Assembly: GCA_965644265.1 (NCBI GenBank) | Contig: OZ286470.1 | Location: 10,416,001-10,480,000 of the forward strand | Direction of reading: 5' to 3' | DNA from: Glycera tridactyla | Lineage: Eukaryota | Length of the DNA stretch: 64,000 nt | In this document: one piece after another, positions 1 to 11,900 of the stretch | Position numbering within the stretch: position 1 is the stretch's first letter | How the letters are laid out: every line of letters begins with the position of its first letter | Notes under the pieces: generated by a model | Databases searched by the model: none | Seen by the model: the letters and a program-made list of their open reading frames with translations, nothing else | What the model was told of the DNA's origin: nothing | Position numbers and translations under genes: made by a program

Positions 1-2262
1 AATGTCTGCGTCAGTCAACTCTGCTGCACCAAGTCCTGATGCCAAAGCGAAGTCGGCATAGCTCAGTGCTTTTAGAGCTTCGCGTAGAGTAGACTCGTCA
101 TTTGTGGCTTTGAAATCAGATTTTCCAGCGTCTCCATGGTTAGAAAAATCTTTGTCTAGCTTTGGAGGCTCTACCACATATCCTTTAGGTTTATCTCCTG
201 TTTTCCGTATTCTATACGATTTAGGGTTACACCCAAAAAACTTTGGCAAACTGAGTCTAAAATACTTTGCACTGGCTTCAGTCATGCCCCCGTCACCAAT
301 CGCGAAATCCTCCAAAGGAGTTTTGACGCTCTGCAATGTATCGCTTCTCTCTAGACCTTGGAGACATTTGTCTAGTCTTTCCTGTCCGTTCACCAAAAGA
401 GGGGCCAAAGGGAGGGCTGTTTCCATCAAATTAGTGGTTTCCTTACTGATTATGCTCTCCTCATATGACCTGTCAGCATTTTTAACCATTGCACTACACC
501 CTTCTTTGGTCTCAATGTCTGGCTGAGTAATTGCATCTGGGAGTATTTCAGCAGCAAACTTTCTGAAATCTCTCAACCTTCGTCTCACTGCTGGTGATTC
601 TGATTCGTCCTCTGATTCTTGATCAGAACTATGCTTGGCTAATTCTTGAGTCTTCTTCTCCAGTCTATCTTCTAATAAATCTAGACGTGCTTTCATGGCA
701 TGCCATTGAGCATTACTCTCCAAGTCCTCATGCCTTCTACTATCCTGGCCTAATCCTACTTGGATAGGTAACCTCACAGAAGGCATCTGTGCCCTTCTAA
801 GAGAAGAAATCTCATTATGAACAGGTGTTGATTTCTGAGGAACTGTGGAAGGACGAAGAAATTGACCCATGTTAGCTGATTGGAAGGGTGTCGCAGCTGT
901 AGATGGTGGAGTAAGTTTAACCTTCTTAGGCTGGGGAACTACCTTTGGTAAGGAATCTAATTGCCTCTTCTGTGACCGAGTTACACTCTTCTCAGGTATT
1001 GGCGTTGAATTAGCTTGAACATCAGCTATGAGGGACCTCATTCCTGATATTCTGTTATCCAGTTCCTGCCTATCTTTGACCAGTTCATCTAATTTTGAGG
1101 TAATGACTGGTACTACGGAGTCTGAACCAAATACACTCTGTCTCAATGGCTCCTGCTCTTCGTCCTCCTCCTCTTCCTCCTCTGAATCCTCATTAGGTTG
1201 TTCCTCTATAGAGGGCTCTCTATGTACTATAGCTTGAGTGGACAATAATTTGACTGATCCTGTCGTCACCTTCTTCAACTGAACCGATCCTGGTTTAGAG
1301 CTTTTCGCTTTACCAAGCGAAAGAGGTGGCGAAGAACCTGTTAACGAGAGTGTACTATGTACTACTGGTGCACTGATGATCTGTCTAGAAGGTGTCCGAA
1401 CCATCGGACGAAGATCATCTGGTTGCGTAATAGCAACTAATTGTGGGTCACCGGACGTTCCCTGGTCCACTATGGAGGAATCCCTCACTTCGGACCCTAA
1501 TTCGGGAACTGTCTCTGTCTGCATAACTGTCTCCTCAGGTACAGCCTGTACCTGACTCTCATTCATGTCCGTAGACATGAATCCGGACAGTTTCGGATCT
1601 ATGTCCAATCCTTCCGTAGGTTCGCCACCCAAAACTGACGGCCCATGAACCTCGGACACCGGACTGTGCAGACTACTCTCATTGTCTAATGTATTGTCCT
1701 TTTCTGAAGGAGCTACTACTGACAACATAGGATCGTTTCCAGTTAAACACTGCTGCTGTACTACCTCTTCACAAGAGGGAGTAAACTTCCTGGCCGAATC
1801 AGCCTTGCTATAGGTTTTTGTAGATGCATTTAGGACTGACATCTGTCTTCTCTTCCGGAGTGACTGTACAAACTGAGGTCTCAAACCTAAATCCTCCGCC
1901 AAGCTATCCTGGCTAGGTGCATGAATTGAAACTCTGTCTACACTGGCTTCCTTAGAGACTTCACCAGTCTTCTTCTCTCCAGATGTCTTAGATTCAGCTA
2001 AGGAAGGACCTTTATTTTTTGGGGTATATTTTGAAGCGTTAGAAGAGTCTGAACTCTTCTTCTTCTTCGAGGCAAAGGTCCTCCTCTTATAATGAATAGC
2101 CCATTTTTCTAAAGGCCAGAGGGCACACACATCACAAACCATCTGTCCATATTTGCGGACGTCCTCTGACTTTCCGCATTGACGACAAGAGGGACACAAT
2201 TCGTGGTCATCCCATTTAGCCATGTAGTGGCCACAAACTCCTCTTTTCTGATTGGAAGACAT
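1..2262 (-). CDS. Gag/ORF1-like protein of a DIRS-type (tyrosine-recombinase) retrotransposon, 3'-partial (runs off the window at base 1)
   Basis: I translated it by hand: ATG at 2262 and no stop in 754 codons down to base 1. It is missing from the ORF track, presumably because no stop lies in the window. The N-terminus MSSNQKRGVCGHYMAKWDDHELCPSCRQCGKSEDVRKYGQMVCDVCALW has the C-x-H-x-M-x3-D-x-H-x2-C-x2-C...C-x2-C pattern I recognise from DIRS1-like ORF1. A long S/P/E/K-rich low-complexity middle follows, then a globular-looking part (TALPLAPLL...YVVEPPKLDKDF). Confidence 0.8.
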   Translation of the reverse strand, partial: MSSNQKRGVCGHYMAKWDDHELCPSCRQCGKSEDVRKYGQMVCDVCALWPLEKWAIHYKRRTFASKKKKSSDSSNASKYTPKNKGPSLAESKTSGEKKTGEVSKEASVDRVSIHAPSQDSLAEDLGLRPQFVQSLRKRRQMSVLNASTKTYSKADSARKFTPSCEEVVQQQCLTGNDPMLSVVAPSEKDNTLDNESSLHSPVSEVHGPSVLGGEPTEGLDIDPKLSGFMSTDMNESQVQAVPEETVMQTETVPELGSEVRDSSIVDQGTSGDPQLVAITQPDDLRPMVRTPSRQIISAPVVHSTLSLTGSSPPLSLGKAKSSKPGSVQLKKVTTGSVKLLSTQAIVHREPSIEEQPNEDSEEEEEEDEEQEPLRQSVFGSDSVVPVITSKLDELVKDRQELDNRISGMRSLIADVQANSTPIPEKSVTRSQKRQLDSLPKVVPQPKKVKLTPPSTAATPFQSANMGQFLRPSTVPQKSTPVHNEISSLRRAQMPSVRLPIQVGLGQDSRRHEDLESNAQWHAMKARLDLLEDRLEKKTQELAKHSSDQESEDESESPAVRRRLRDFRKFAAEILPDAITQPDIETKEGCSAMVKNADRSYEESIISKETTNLMETALPLAPLLVNGQERLDKCLQGLERSDTLQSVKTPLEDFAIGDGGMTEASAKYFRLSLPKFFGCNPKSYRIRKTGDKPKGYVVEPPKLDKDFSNHGDAGKSDFKATNDESTLREALKALSYADFALASGLGAAELTDADI

Positions 2263-2619
2263 AATTACGGGTGACAAAGGGTATATATAAGCAAGATCAG
2301 GGGTATTGCTAAGTGACTGCACAACGATAATGACTGATATTGACTGACCGGTTGATCAATTGATTGACTGTTCAGTTGACTGGATGATTGATTGATTGAT
2401 TGATTGATTGAAACTGCAAGAGAACGGTCCTATGAAAATCACAGGCCCTATAAGGACCATTTCAGCGCCCGTCCTGGTGACCCATCACAGACCAAAGTCA
2501 TTTCCGTCACCACCCATCAACACATCAATAACACAACTGTTGAAATATTTATTCCCAAAACTGATATGAAAATCACAGACTGACATATACAGTCATTTCA
2601 GCCTCTCCTCCTTCCAACT

Positions 2620-3245
2620 ACAACTCATACAGTAGACCTGACGTTGCATAAGTCTGCAGCAGACTGACGAACCGAGAGATCTGTCATCGCAACACCGGAC
2701 GATCATTCTTCATACAGTAGACCTGACATCGCGATGATGTTCAATTCGAAACTACCGGACAATTCACTCTATATACAGTCGACCTGCCATTGATTTATAC
2801 AGTAGACGTCGGACTGCCGGACGCCCGTACGCTCCTCCGGACACCGGACAATACAGTCGACCTGTCATTGATTTATACAGTAGACGTCGGACTGCCGGAC
2901 GCCCGTACGCTCCTCCGGACACCGGACAATTCACTCTATATACAGTCGACCTGCCATTGATTTATACAGTAGACGTCGGACTGCCGGACGCCCGTACGCT
3001 CCTCCGGACACCGGACAATTCACTCTATATACAGTCGACCTGTCATTGATTAATACAGTAGACGTCTGACGACAACGCCGGACGCCTGTGCGCTCGTCCG
3101 GTCTCCGGACACTTCTACCGGCAGCGAATTCACCGAGCCGGTCTGATTAATACAGTAGACGTCTGACGACAACGCCGGACGCCTGTGCGCTCGTCCGGTC
3201 TCCGGACACTTTTACCGGCAGCGAATTCACCGAGCCGGTCTGATC
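2620..3245. repeat. Tandem repeats in the retroelement leader (89-bp and 97-bp units)
   Basis: An 89-bp unit starts at 2761, a 78-bp deleted copy at 2850, then copies at 2928 and (partial) 3017. A 97-bp unit occurs twice (3048, 3145). The core ATACAGT(A/C)GAC recurs 11 times. Confidence 0.9.
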
Positions 3246-6200
3246 TCGCGCTCCCGGCGATGCTGTTCAATTTGAAACTACCTCCTAGGCGGAACTACGT
3301 AGTGCCGCCGCGCCGAATCCACACATAACTCTATTTTATCTCATTTTAAAAACAATCATGGATATAGAGACTGATCGCCTCCACACTACACTATACAGTT
3401 TACTATCAACCGATCAACACCACTGTCAACAGTTTCCCGGCGCACACGCACCGGACACAACCGTCGGCACGCCACCGCGTACCCCCGATCAACGCGTTAC
3501 CCTATCAAAGTTCGCAAACTATCCAAAATGAATAATTAATTCATAATTTCCATGTCAACGATATCCTGATATATATCCGAGATAGCAGTATCAATATCGC
3601 GACACGCGGATAGCCGTAGGCCTCACAGAAAAAGATTTTCTTGAGAGCCCGGGTAAATTCCAACAACACAGCAATGGCGAAGTTGAAAAATACAAAGGTA
3701 AACAGGACGTACTATGCGACCTCTAGTGTCTCAGGTAGACACATCCACCTGGTGGAGGAGAGGTCTGAGGGAGGTCCCATCCTCTAAGTAAAATTCTTAT
3801 TGTTGTTATGTTCGCACGTAGGCCTATCGGCCTGGGGAATGCTAAATTTGAGGGAGAAATGGTACAGATAGATCAATGTGAATGAACATTTATATTCTAC
3901 CACTTGAAACATTATCTATGCACACAACTCACGCGATCCTGTTATTGTTCAATTCAAGGAAGAATTCGCCAACTTCATAGGAAAAGTTTGGGAATTGTTT
4001 AATTAAAAAGGATCTTTTATTGGATAAGTTTGTATATTATATTATAAGCTAAATGAACCATTTTCTATTTGATTAGTATAGCAACAGGTATGCTACATGA
4101 GTTAAGACACATGAGCTTATATTGATCAGTAATACTGAAATACGTAGTTTCGCGAAAATCACTCTTTCAAAGTTGGAGAGTATATTCATGAGACTGCTCA
4201 GATGAATGAAATCTTTACAACAGAAATATCACACCATCAGACCAGAAATATAGTTGAACTTGAGCAGATGCAATGTATCATTAGTTCCATTTATAAGCTC
4301 TCTTTTGTTTAAAAGAATATTAGATGGCAACAGGCATCTAATATATCTTTTGCAGGGTATAATGAAGCAGGTTAGTTCAATAGTATTATCAGGTTAGTGG
4401 CAGAATTCTAATTTGATGCCTACTGATATGATTCTCTCTATTGATAATTGCTATTCATGAGTATTACAGTGAATTGCTTGTTGAATGTATATGCACAAGT
4501 TTCAGATGTCATATAATTCATCATGCAAAGCGAGAACACAACAGAGGAAGACAATGACTGCTATGCCAGCTACAAGTCTGTATGACGTGAATGCCTTTGG
4601 ATAGCAGTCATTGTAACTTCTATGTATACACACTTCCAAGTTCTTGACTAATCGATCAATACCACCAATACCTCATTCCCTCCAACCATAATCATGAGAA
4701 TGTCATTGTCTTTTATGTCATCTATTCTCCTTATTTCAAATAAGATATCAACAAGTTGATAGACAAACCAACAAGTGAATATTATGTTCGATGCATCCAC
4801 ACTAATGTGATGATGACTGCAGAGGTATATATATATATGTTGAACTTCCTAGTACCATAATGATGATCCCATCCCATGACATACATCCATTCAAGAATGC
4901 ATTCAAGTCATTTCTTCCATTCCTTTGGCAACGATTACCCTTGGATAGAAGGCTGATCACGAGAAGAACCATCAGCTCGATGAATTAATTTATTTGGTAT
5001 GCCTCACATGATTATGGACAGAGGTGGTATCAATACAATACAATGTCTACTATGCTGAAATAAGGAAATATGGCATTTGCTGCATGGCCAAATCACTTCA
5101 CCAACATCTGATCTCAACGTAGCAAAGATCATTCAACTCATTTCGAAGATGGGTCCAGCCTCGAAAGATGTACCAGACATTGAAATGAGTATCTATTGAT
5201 GATGACCTTTGTTTCCCAAAAGCCGTGTACGTGTGAGAAGAGATATGGCAATATGATAGAGGTAACTTCCATAGTTTTACATCAGTATAGCGAGAAAAGC
5301 AGCATCAGTACAAATGCATACAATTATGGATTTTGAAGAAAGCAACATTTAGATATTATTGGCGTTTTCTTAAATGTATAACACAAGTATTTCAGACCTG
5401 ATGACTCACTGTTTGATGGAAAATATTGGTCACTATTGTATGGAGAATCGTGAATCTTCTATCACAGAATAGTGAAACAGTGCAGGGTTTGGAAGGAAAT
5501 GTAAATATTTGTCATTCTATAGTGAAATCATTTTGGTGAATAGTTTTGGATGGCTGGCTTAATTCTGAATGGATGATTGTGAATCTTATATTACAGAATA
5601 GCAAAACACGAGAGTGTTTGGAAGGAAATAAAATCATTGTCATTTCATATTGGTTCCAGAAGGTTGGGTCTGACTTTGACTCCGTTCCTCCATGTTTCAC
5701 TCAACTTGAAAAATGTTCCTGAGCACCAGATATTTCGATTTATCCACTTCAATCTCCATTTGGACAAAAGAATGATTTTGTAATTTTACCCGTTACTAAT
5801 AGTAGGTCATCATTTGAAATACTCTGTACATACGTATGCATGAAACATTTGAAATATGCCAATAATAATATAATAAAATGGAATATGAAGATGATAAAAA
5901 TGAGATAGAAAGTGATGCCATAATGTCATCCAGGAATCTAATGAGCAGTCGATCACAACATGATCAGGATTCTAGAATAGGCATGAATAAAAGGATTGGG
6001 GATGAAAACGAAATAAAATGTACCGAGCAGAAAAGCCAAGGCAGTTCCCTTATATTCCATGGAGAGGAAATACGGATTCTCCACCATTTTATATGCATAC
6101 AAGCATACAACTGGATAGATTCAGACATCCTCTGATATCATTAAAGTCTCATATGAGATTATCCATGGAAATTTAAATGTCCAAGACGTTAACATGGGAA

Positions 6201-6622
6201 CTGCGTTGACCTTTGATTTAGTTATATCTCCTGCAGTTTGATATAATACATCGAATGACTATCCAGCAAACTGTGGAGAAGGCATTACTCATTCAGTGGA
6301 TGCAGTGACCTATGGTCTCTACAAGTATCCACTGGTACCTTAGGAACAGGCTCAGTATATCCTTTGCACCTATCAGCAGGTGGTTCGTATGGCTGGAAGA
6401 GAGTGTGCAATGACACAGACACATCAGTATACAACGGGGAGAAAGAGGAAATCGGAACAAGAAGGACCCGATCTATGCAGAGTGGCATCTAAGAATTTTG
6501 TTTCCATATATGTAGTTGTTTCTCATGTGAATGCAGTTGATAAAATGTATAATGATTTGTATGTGTATCTATTCATAGTTTTTATGCACTTACCCAGGTA
6601 TTATTTGGGTGTGTGTATGTGT

Positions 6623-6907
6623 AATGATAATAATAATAATGATAATAATAATAATAATAATAATGATAATAATGATAATAATAATAGTTATTTATATAGC
6701 GCCAATGTCCATATCATGTTCGAAGGCTCTTCACAAGTGAAAATNNNNNNNNNNNNNNNNNNNNNNNNNNNNNNNNNNNNNNNNNNNNNNNNNNNNNNNN
6801 NNNNNNNNNNNNNNNNNNNNNNNNNNNNNNNNNNNNNNNNNNNNNNNNNNNNNNNNNNNNNNNNNNNNNNNNNNNNNNNNNNNNCATCCATGTGTTTTAT
6901 ATATATA

Positions 6908-6947
<40 letters not shown>

Positions 6948-6955
6948 TCTATATA
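6623..6955. repeat. (AAT)n and (AT)n microsatellites flanking N-gap 6745-6884
   Basis: Seen directly. Confidence 0.95.
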
Positions 6956-7932
6956 TGTCTACATGTTCATGTGTATATGTATGTCTATGCACCCTGCGCG
7001 ACAGCTGTGAATGATTATGATTTCGTATAGAAATCGAAACATGATGTGAATAAATATGAGCATGAAATGACAGTCTAACATAGCACTCACTCACTGAAAC
7101 ATCAAATGAAAGGAAATGATGAAAAGGAGTGGGAAACCAAAACGAAGACACCAAGAATATGTAAGACGAGATTAAACACAAGACATTAAAAGGCGGAGTG
7201 TGAAAAATAGTTTCCAATAAAATATACGTCACAGGTGTTTGATACCACATTGATACTACCAATTCATGCAGCAAACCACCTTCACCTGCTGTGTCATGAA
7301 AGGTACAGTTCAACAACTACCATTACAACATTCAGAATGAGAGGGACACCCTGTGGATAGGTGGAGAACAAGAGGTGTCCTACATCACGAATTGTTTTTT
7401 TATCAATCATTGTAGAATACTTCAGGTCTACCTTCCATACATCTGTAGGCAGCGGTGATGGAACATCATGGTAATAAATTCGCATATGACCCCACCATCA
7501 CATTTCACCACAAAGAACATACACAATGGCCATAGCCTGATTCATGTCCGAGTATCATATCTCCGAGACCTCTCTACAATCTGGGTGTTTTTGAAATTCG
7601 AATGGAAAAGATGGGTCCAAGAATATAGTAAGGGGTGTTAGCCCCTCCCCCCTCTTTCTGTCTCCCTCTCCTTCTCTCTCCAGGTCTGTCCCTCGATCTC
7701 TCCCCTNNNNNNNNNNNNNNNNNNNNNNNNNNNNNNNNNNNNNNNNNNNNNNNNNNNNNNNNNNNNNNNNNNNNNNNNNNNNNNNNNNNNNNNNNNNNNN
7801 NNNNNNNNNNNNNNNNNNNNNNNNNNNNNNNNNNNNNNNNNNNNNNNNGTTCGGTGTCAATCAGATCTGATACCACCATATATTACGAGATTTGAAAATC
7901 AAATAAGAGAAAGGAATGTTATTAGCACCCAC

Positions 7933-8057
7933 CTTGCCCTTTACTGACCAGGTTCCCGTCGGCATGGGTTCACCGACAAACTGCACCTCAATGGTAAATG
8001 TCTGACCTCGCTTGACCTTGGTGCAAGTCACAAAGTCAGGCAGAATACGAGGCGCCA
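7933..8057 (-). CDS. unc-22: Twitchin exon, Ig N-half (125 nt, phase 1-0); last exon found in the window
   Basis: ttgcag|TGGCG...GGCAAG|gtgggt; LAPRILPDFV...VKRGQTFTIEVQFVGEPMPTGTWSVKGK. Confidence 0.9.
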
Positions 8058-8962
8058 CTGCAAATATAGGACAGTAATGATGCAGCATCATGACAGTTCG
8101 CTAATACAATGATCTGTTTGATGGGTATATTCGTGCCAGATGCCATAGAAATTATATCATCGACCAGACTGTCCCTTAGATGCTAATTCCTGACAGTTCA
8201 CTCATCACATGGCCACAACGTGCATACACGTTGAAGGAAGATAAGATGCCATTCACATGATATCACAATATCTTGTGCATTGAGGCTGAATAGGGTTTCT
8301 TGAAGCTTGACAAACCTCTCAGAAAAGATGGTTGGTTGTTTGGTTTGTTGTCAATTTGATCTTTCATGAGCACAATCCGACATATATCATATTTGCTAAG
8401 TCATTTCTGGCAAGCCTTAAAAGCTATATGAAGTTGCCTTTCTAAAGTGTAAAGTATTGAATGAGATATTCGATGGGGGTACATCACATGACATACACTG
8501 ATCAGTGCTAACTTACTATCAGGTACATACTCCTTGAATGTGTTGATTTTCAGCATATAAGATCTCAATATCACAATGTGGGAAATATGGAGGAACTGTA
8601 CAGATTGGAGCCAAGAATATCGTTGAATATTTGAAGAATATTGAACTATTTCAAAAGATCTGAATCTTGGACATGTTTATCGAGGGCATGCTTATTGGCT
8701 AATCAAATATCAGCAGCATGAGACAGTGTCTATGTTGCATGCACATAGAAAATCTACCCTTTTATATTGTATTCTTCGGCCAATAATTTTTTCATATAGA
8801 AAAATTGGGAAATACCAACAATGAAACATATGAATAGAATTACAGAAAATATATTTCTTTTGAATTCATTTTTCATATAATATTTGTCTGGGCTAAGTTT
8901 TAAAACCATCCATGACTTCAGTCTCGAATAATCCTGCCTGGGATGAAGAGACAGTGAAGCCT

Positions 8963-8999
<37 letters not shown>

Positions 9000-11900
9000 T
9001 GGTGGGTGCCACTTACATCTTCTGCACTTGGTAAGCACCGTCTTGCTAGGATCACTGGCATCTCCGTAGCCAGCTTCGTTGACTGGAACCACTCGGAACT
9101 CGTACTCCTTGCCTTCCTCTAGCTCGGGCACCATTGCGCTGTATTCATCACCAGCAACCATCCCCACCTACACACATCAACCACAAACATCTTACACATC
9201 ATGAAACACTGGCTCATCTCTATGTACACTACTGGTATCCCTTACTGTTCCCATTAAATGTTACATTCATGGCAATGCTGAATGCATTTGCTATTCTTCA
9301 CCCTGCCATGCTATCTTAACCCCCACCTATTGTTATTATAACCATTATTATCATCATCATCATCATTAGTAAGAATATAATTCGCACCATCATCATTATT
9401 GTTACTATCTTTATTGTCATCATCAATACAATATTATCATTCATATCAATATTATTACTATTGCTATTGTTATTATCATTTTTATCATTAACTTCATTAT
9501 TATCATCACTATTATCATTCTCATTATCATCATTCTTATCATCTATAGTTGGATCAACAGATTGTTGATATCGCAGGTAGATCACTATTTTCAGTCCAAG
9601 TTGCATGCCTGTTTCATTGGCCCACTACTGCATACAACTGATATCGTAAGAAATATGACTGAACGTAGAACAAAATATGTCCAAATCATATGATACTGAA
9701 ATATGTGCTCTATAAAGCCTATATAAGAACAGCATGAGGCAAAGCCACGTTGAGGCTGAATACTTCCTGTCCAACTCGCAAGATGTTACTGTAGCAGTCG
9801 ATGGCGTCATGTCGTTGTCCACCAAGAATGGAAGGGAAATGATGGAAACCCACTTTGTCCAATGCCTAGTGGCATTGTCAATCAGACAGGTTTCCATACT
9901 AGGTCCGTATTCACAACAATGGATACATAAATGAATACATGAACAAGACTACTACGACATAATGACCAAATGAGGAACATAAATATCAGGGTGATTGTAA
10001 AGTATGTGACTTCAGAAGTGACACATTTTACATCGGGTTTCTATGAAGTTGATGAGGAATTAGAGATATAGATTACGACATCTGAATTGGAAAGAAATGT
10101 GCAATATACAACTACAGTAGTGCTTATTAGTTGTTAAGTACCATAAGAGAAGAATATATTCGAGATCTAATGATATATATATATTTGTTTTTTTTCTCTT
10201 GAGCATGAACGAATTTCAGGTTATAAATTTAGATAATAGTTGAAGCAGGAAAAACTGATGAACGTTACTTTCATAATTTTCAATGCTTCAGTTGGGCTGC
10301 TATATACATGATCCCACAGCACAAACACTGGACTTCACATTATCTAATTCAGCAGGTCTCATTTTTCGATCAATCAAGAAACACGTATGAGAATATTCCA
10401 ATGATTTTCATTTTCTAAGGATACATTCTGAGATTCTGAGGGTGTCATCCTTATCAGGTGATAATTGTGTGACCATAAGATGAGTATATAGCTTGCAAGA
10501 CAAAGCAAATACTTATGCACCAGATTCCGGTAAGACTTGGAAAGGTGGCTATGCTTACATGCTTAAAATCATTGCTGGTAATGTCTTAATTTGCAGGGAT
10601 GACTTAAGTTACACACAAAACTTGCATTTGCATGTGAGGGAAAATTAATGGTATGTAGCGATTGGTCCACACCTATGTGTCAATAAATCATCAAAATAAT
10701 TGAAATGATGAAGGTTTGCTTAACAGTGAGAGAGTACGATAGAGGACTTATCTCTAACGTGCCCAGCAAGCAGCATGTCAATCCATTTCACTTCACACTA
10801 CGGTAAGCATTCTCGAATACTGAAGCAGTTTCACAAAGGCAAATGAAGCAACTAGCATTCTGAATATTCAATTCAGTTGGAATCTTATAGGTTGATATCG
10901 CTAGGTCAAGTGAGGGGACATTTTGGAGACACACATTGAGTATACTTGGGATATCCAACAAACAGCAGTCGTCCAGTTGAAGCTGTATATTAGTAGAGCA
11001 GACAAAGAGCAGGACATAGAGGATGAATCACATTTCCTTACCTTTTGCCACTCGCCAAATCGTTGTTTCTTTTCGACGACGTATTTGGTAATAGGAGAAC
11101 CACCATCATTCGTAGGTGCTGTCCATTTGATCTCACATCTGTCCTTGTCATAATCCACGATCTCTGGGGTACCAGGCTTGCCTGGAGGATCTGTAGAAAT
11201 TAATCAATAACATGCTTCAATTAGTTCACAGAACTAAACGATTCAGCCAGATTGAAAACGAGAGGTGGGAATGGAGGCATCGGATTGAAATTTTGAGAGC
11301 ATATCTGGGAAATGGAAAAAGAACAAGACCACCATCCCAGCCACACTATCAACACCAGCACCAGTAGCATTCATATTCCCAACATCTGTCAATGGAAGTG
11401 ATGGCGTCCATGGCACTCAACATGCTCTTGGAATGACCGCCAGATATGGCTGACAAGAAACCTACTTCTCAGCAAGAATCTAAGATAGTATATGATAAGT
11501 TATATATGCTTACCCCAAGGATCTTTGGCTAGTGTCTCTTTGTCTGTGGTGAGAGGGTCACTCTCACCCAGAGCATTGACAGCCTTCACACGGAAGTTGT
11601 ACTTCTTGCCAGGGGTCAGGCCAGGCACACCACACTGGGTGTCATCCTGGACCTTACCAACTGTCTCCCAGTTGCCAGACTTGACATCCTGGACCTGTGG
11701 CACAAAAACAAATCATTTTCCTAGTATCAGGCTATGTATGTGAATGTTAGAGATTGGATGGAGGGGATGGAGAGAAGAAACATGAAAGAGTGGAGTGTAT
11801 GGGGAAGTGTAATTGTTTGTGTGTGTGTATTTTCTGTTGTGCTGTGTGTATGTATATTTATATATATATGTGTTTGTGTGTGTTCTATGTTGTGCTGCGT

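Larger units (their letters stand above)
1..3800 (-). mobile_element. 5' portion of a DIRS-like retrotransposon inserted in a twitchin intron
   Basis: Intact ORF1 plus about 1.5 kb of GC/CpG-richer leader with internal tandem repeats. Composition changes to AT-rich intron near 3800, so the boundary is approximate. RT/RNaseH and tyrosine recombinase are not in the window, so the class rests on the ORF1 motif alone. Confidence 0.65.

Noticed and set aside
104-1237. Plus-strand ORFs of 140 aa and 69 aa
   Set aside because: Antisense shadows of the long minus-strand Gag-like ORF.
6285-6392. Possible alternative terminal twitchin exon (ctcttccag|PYEPPADRC...PLNE*)
   Set aside because: The acceptor is good and the phase matches, but it would truncate an Ig domain midway, the peptide has no recognisable features, and I saw no nearby poly(A) signal.
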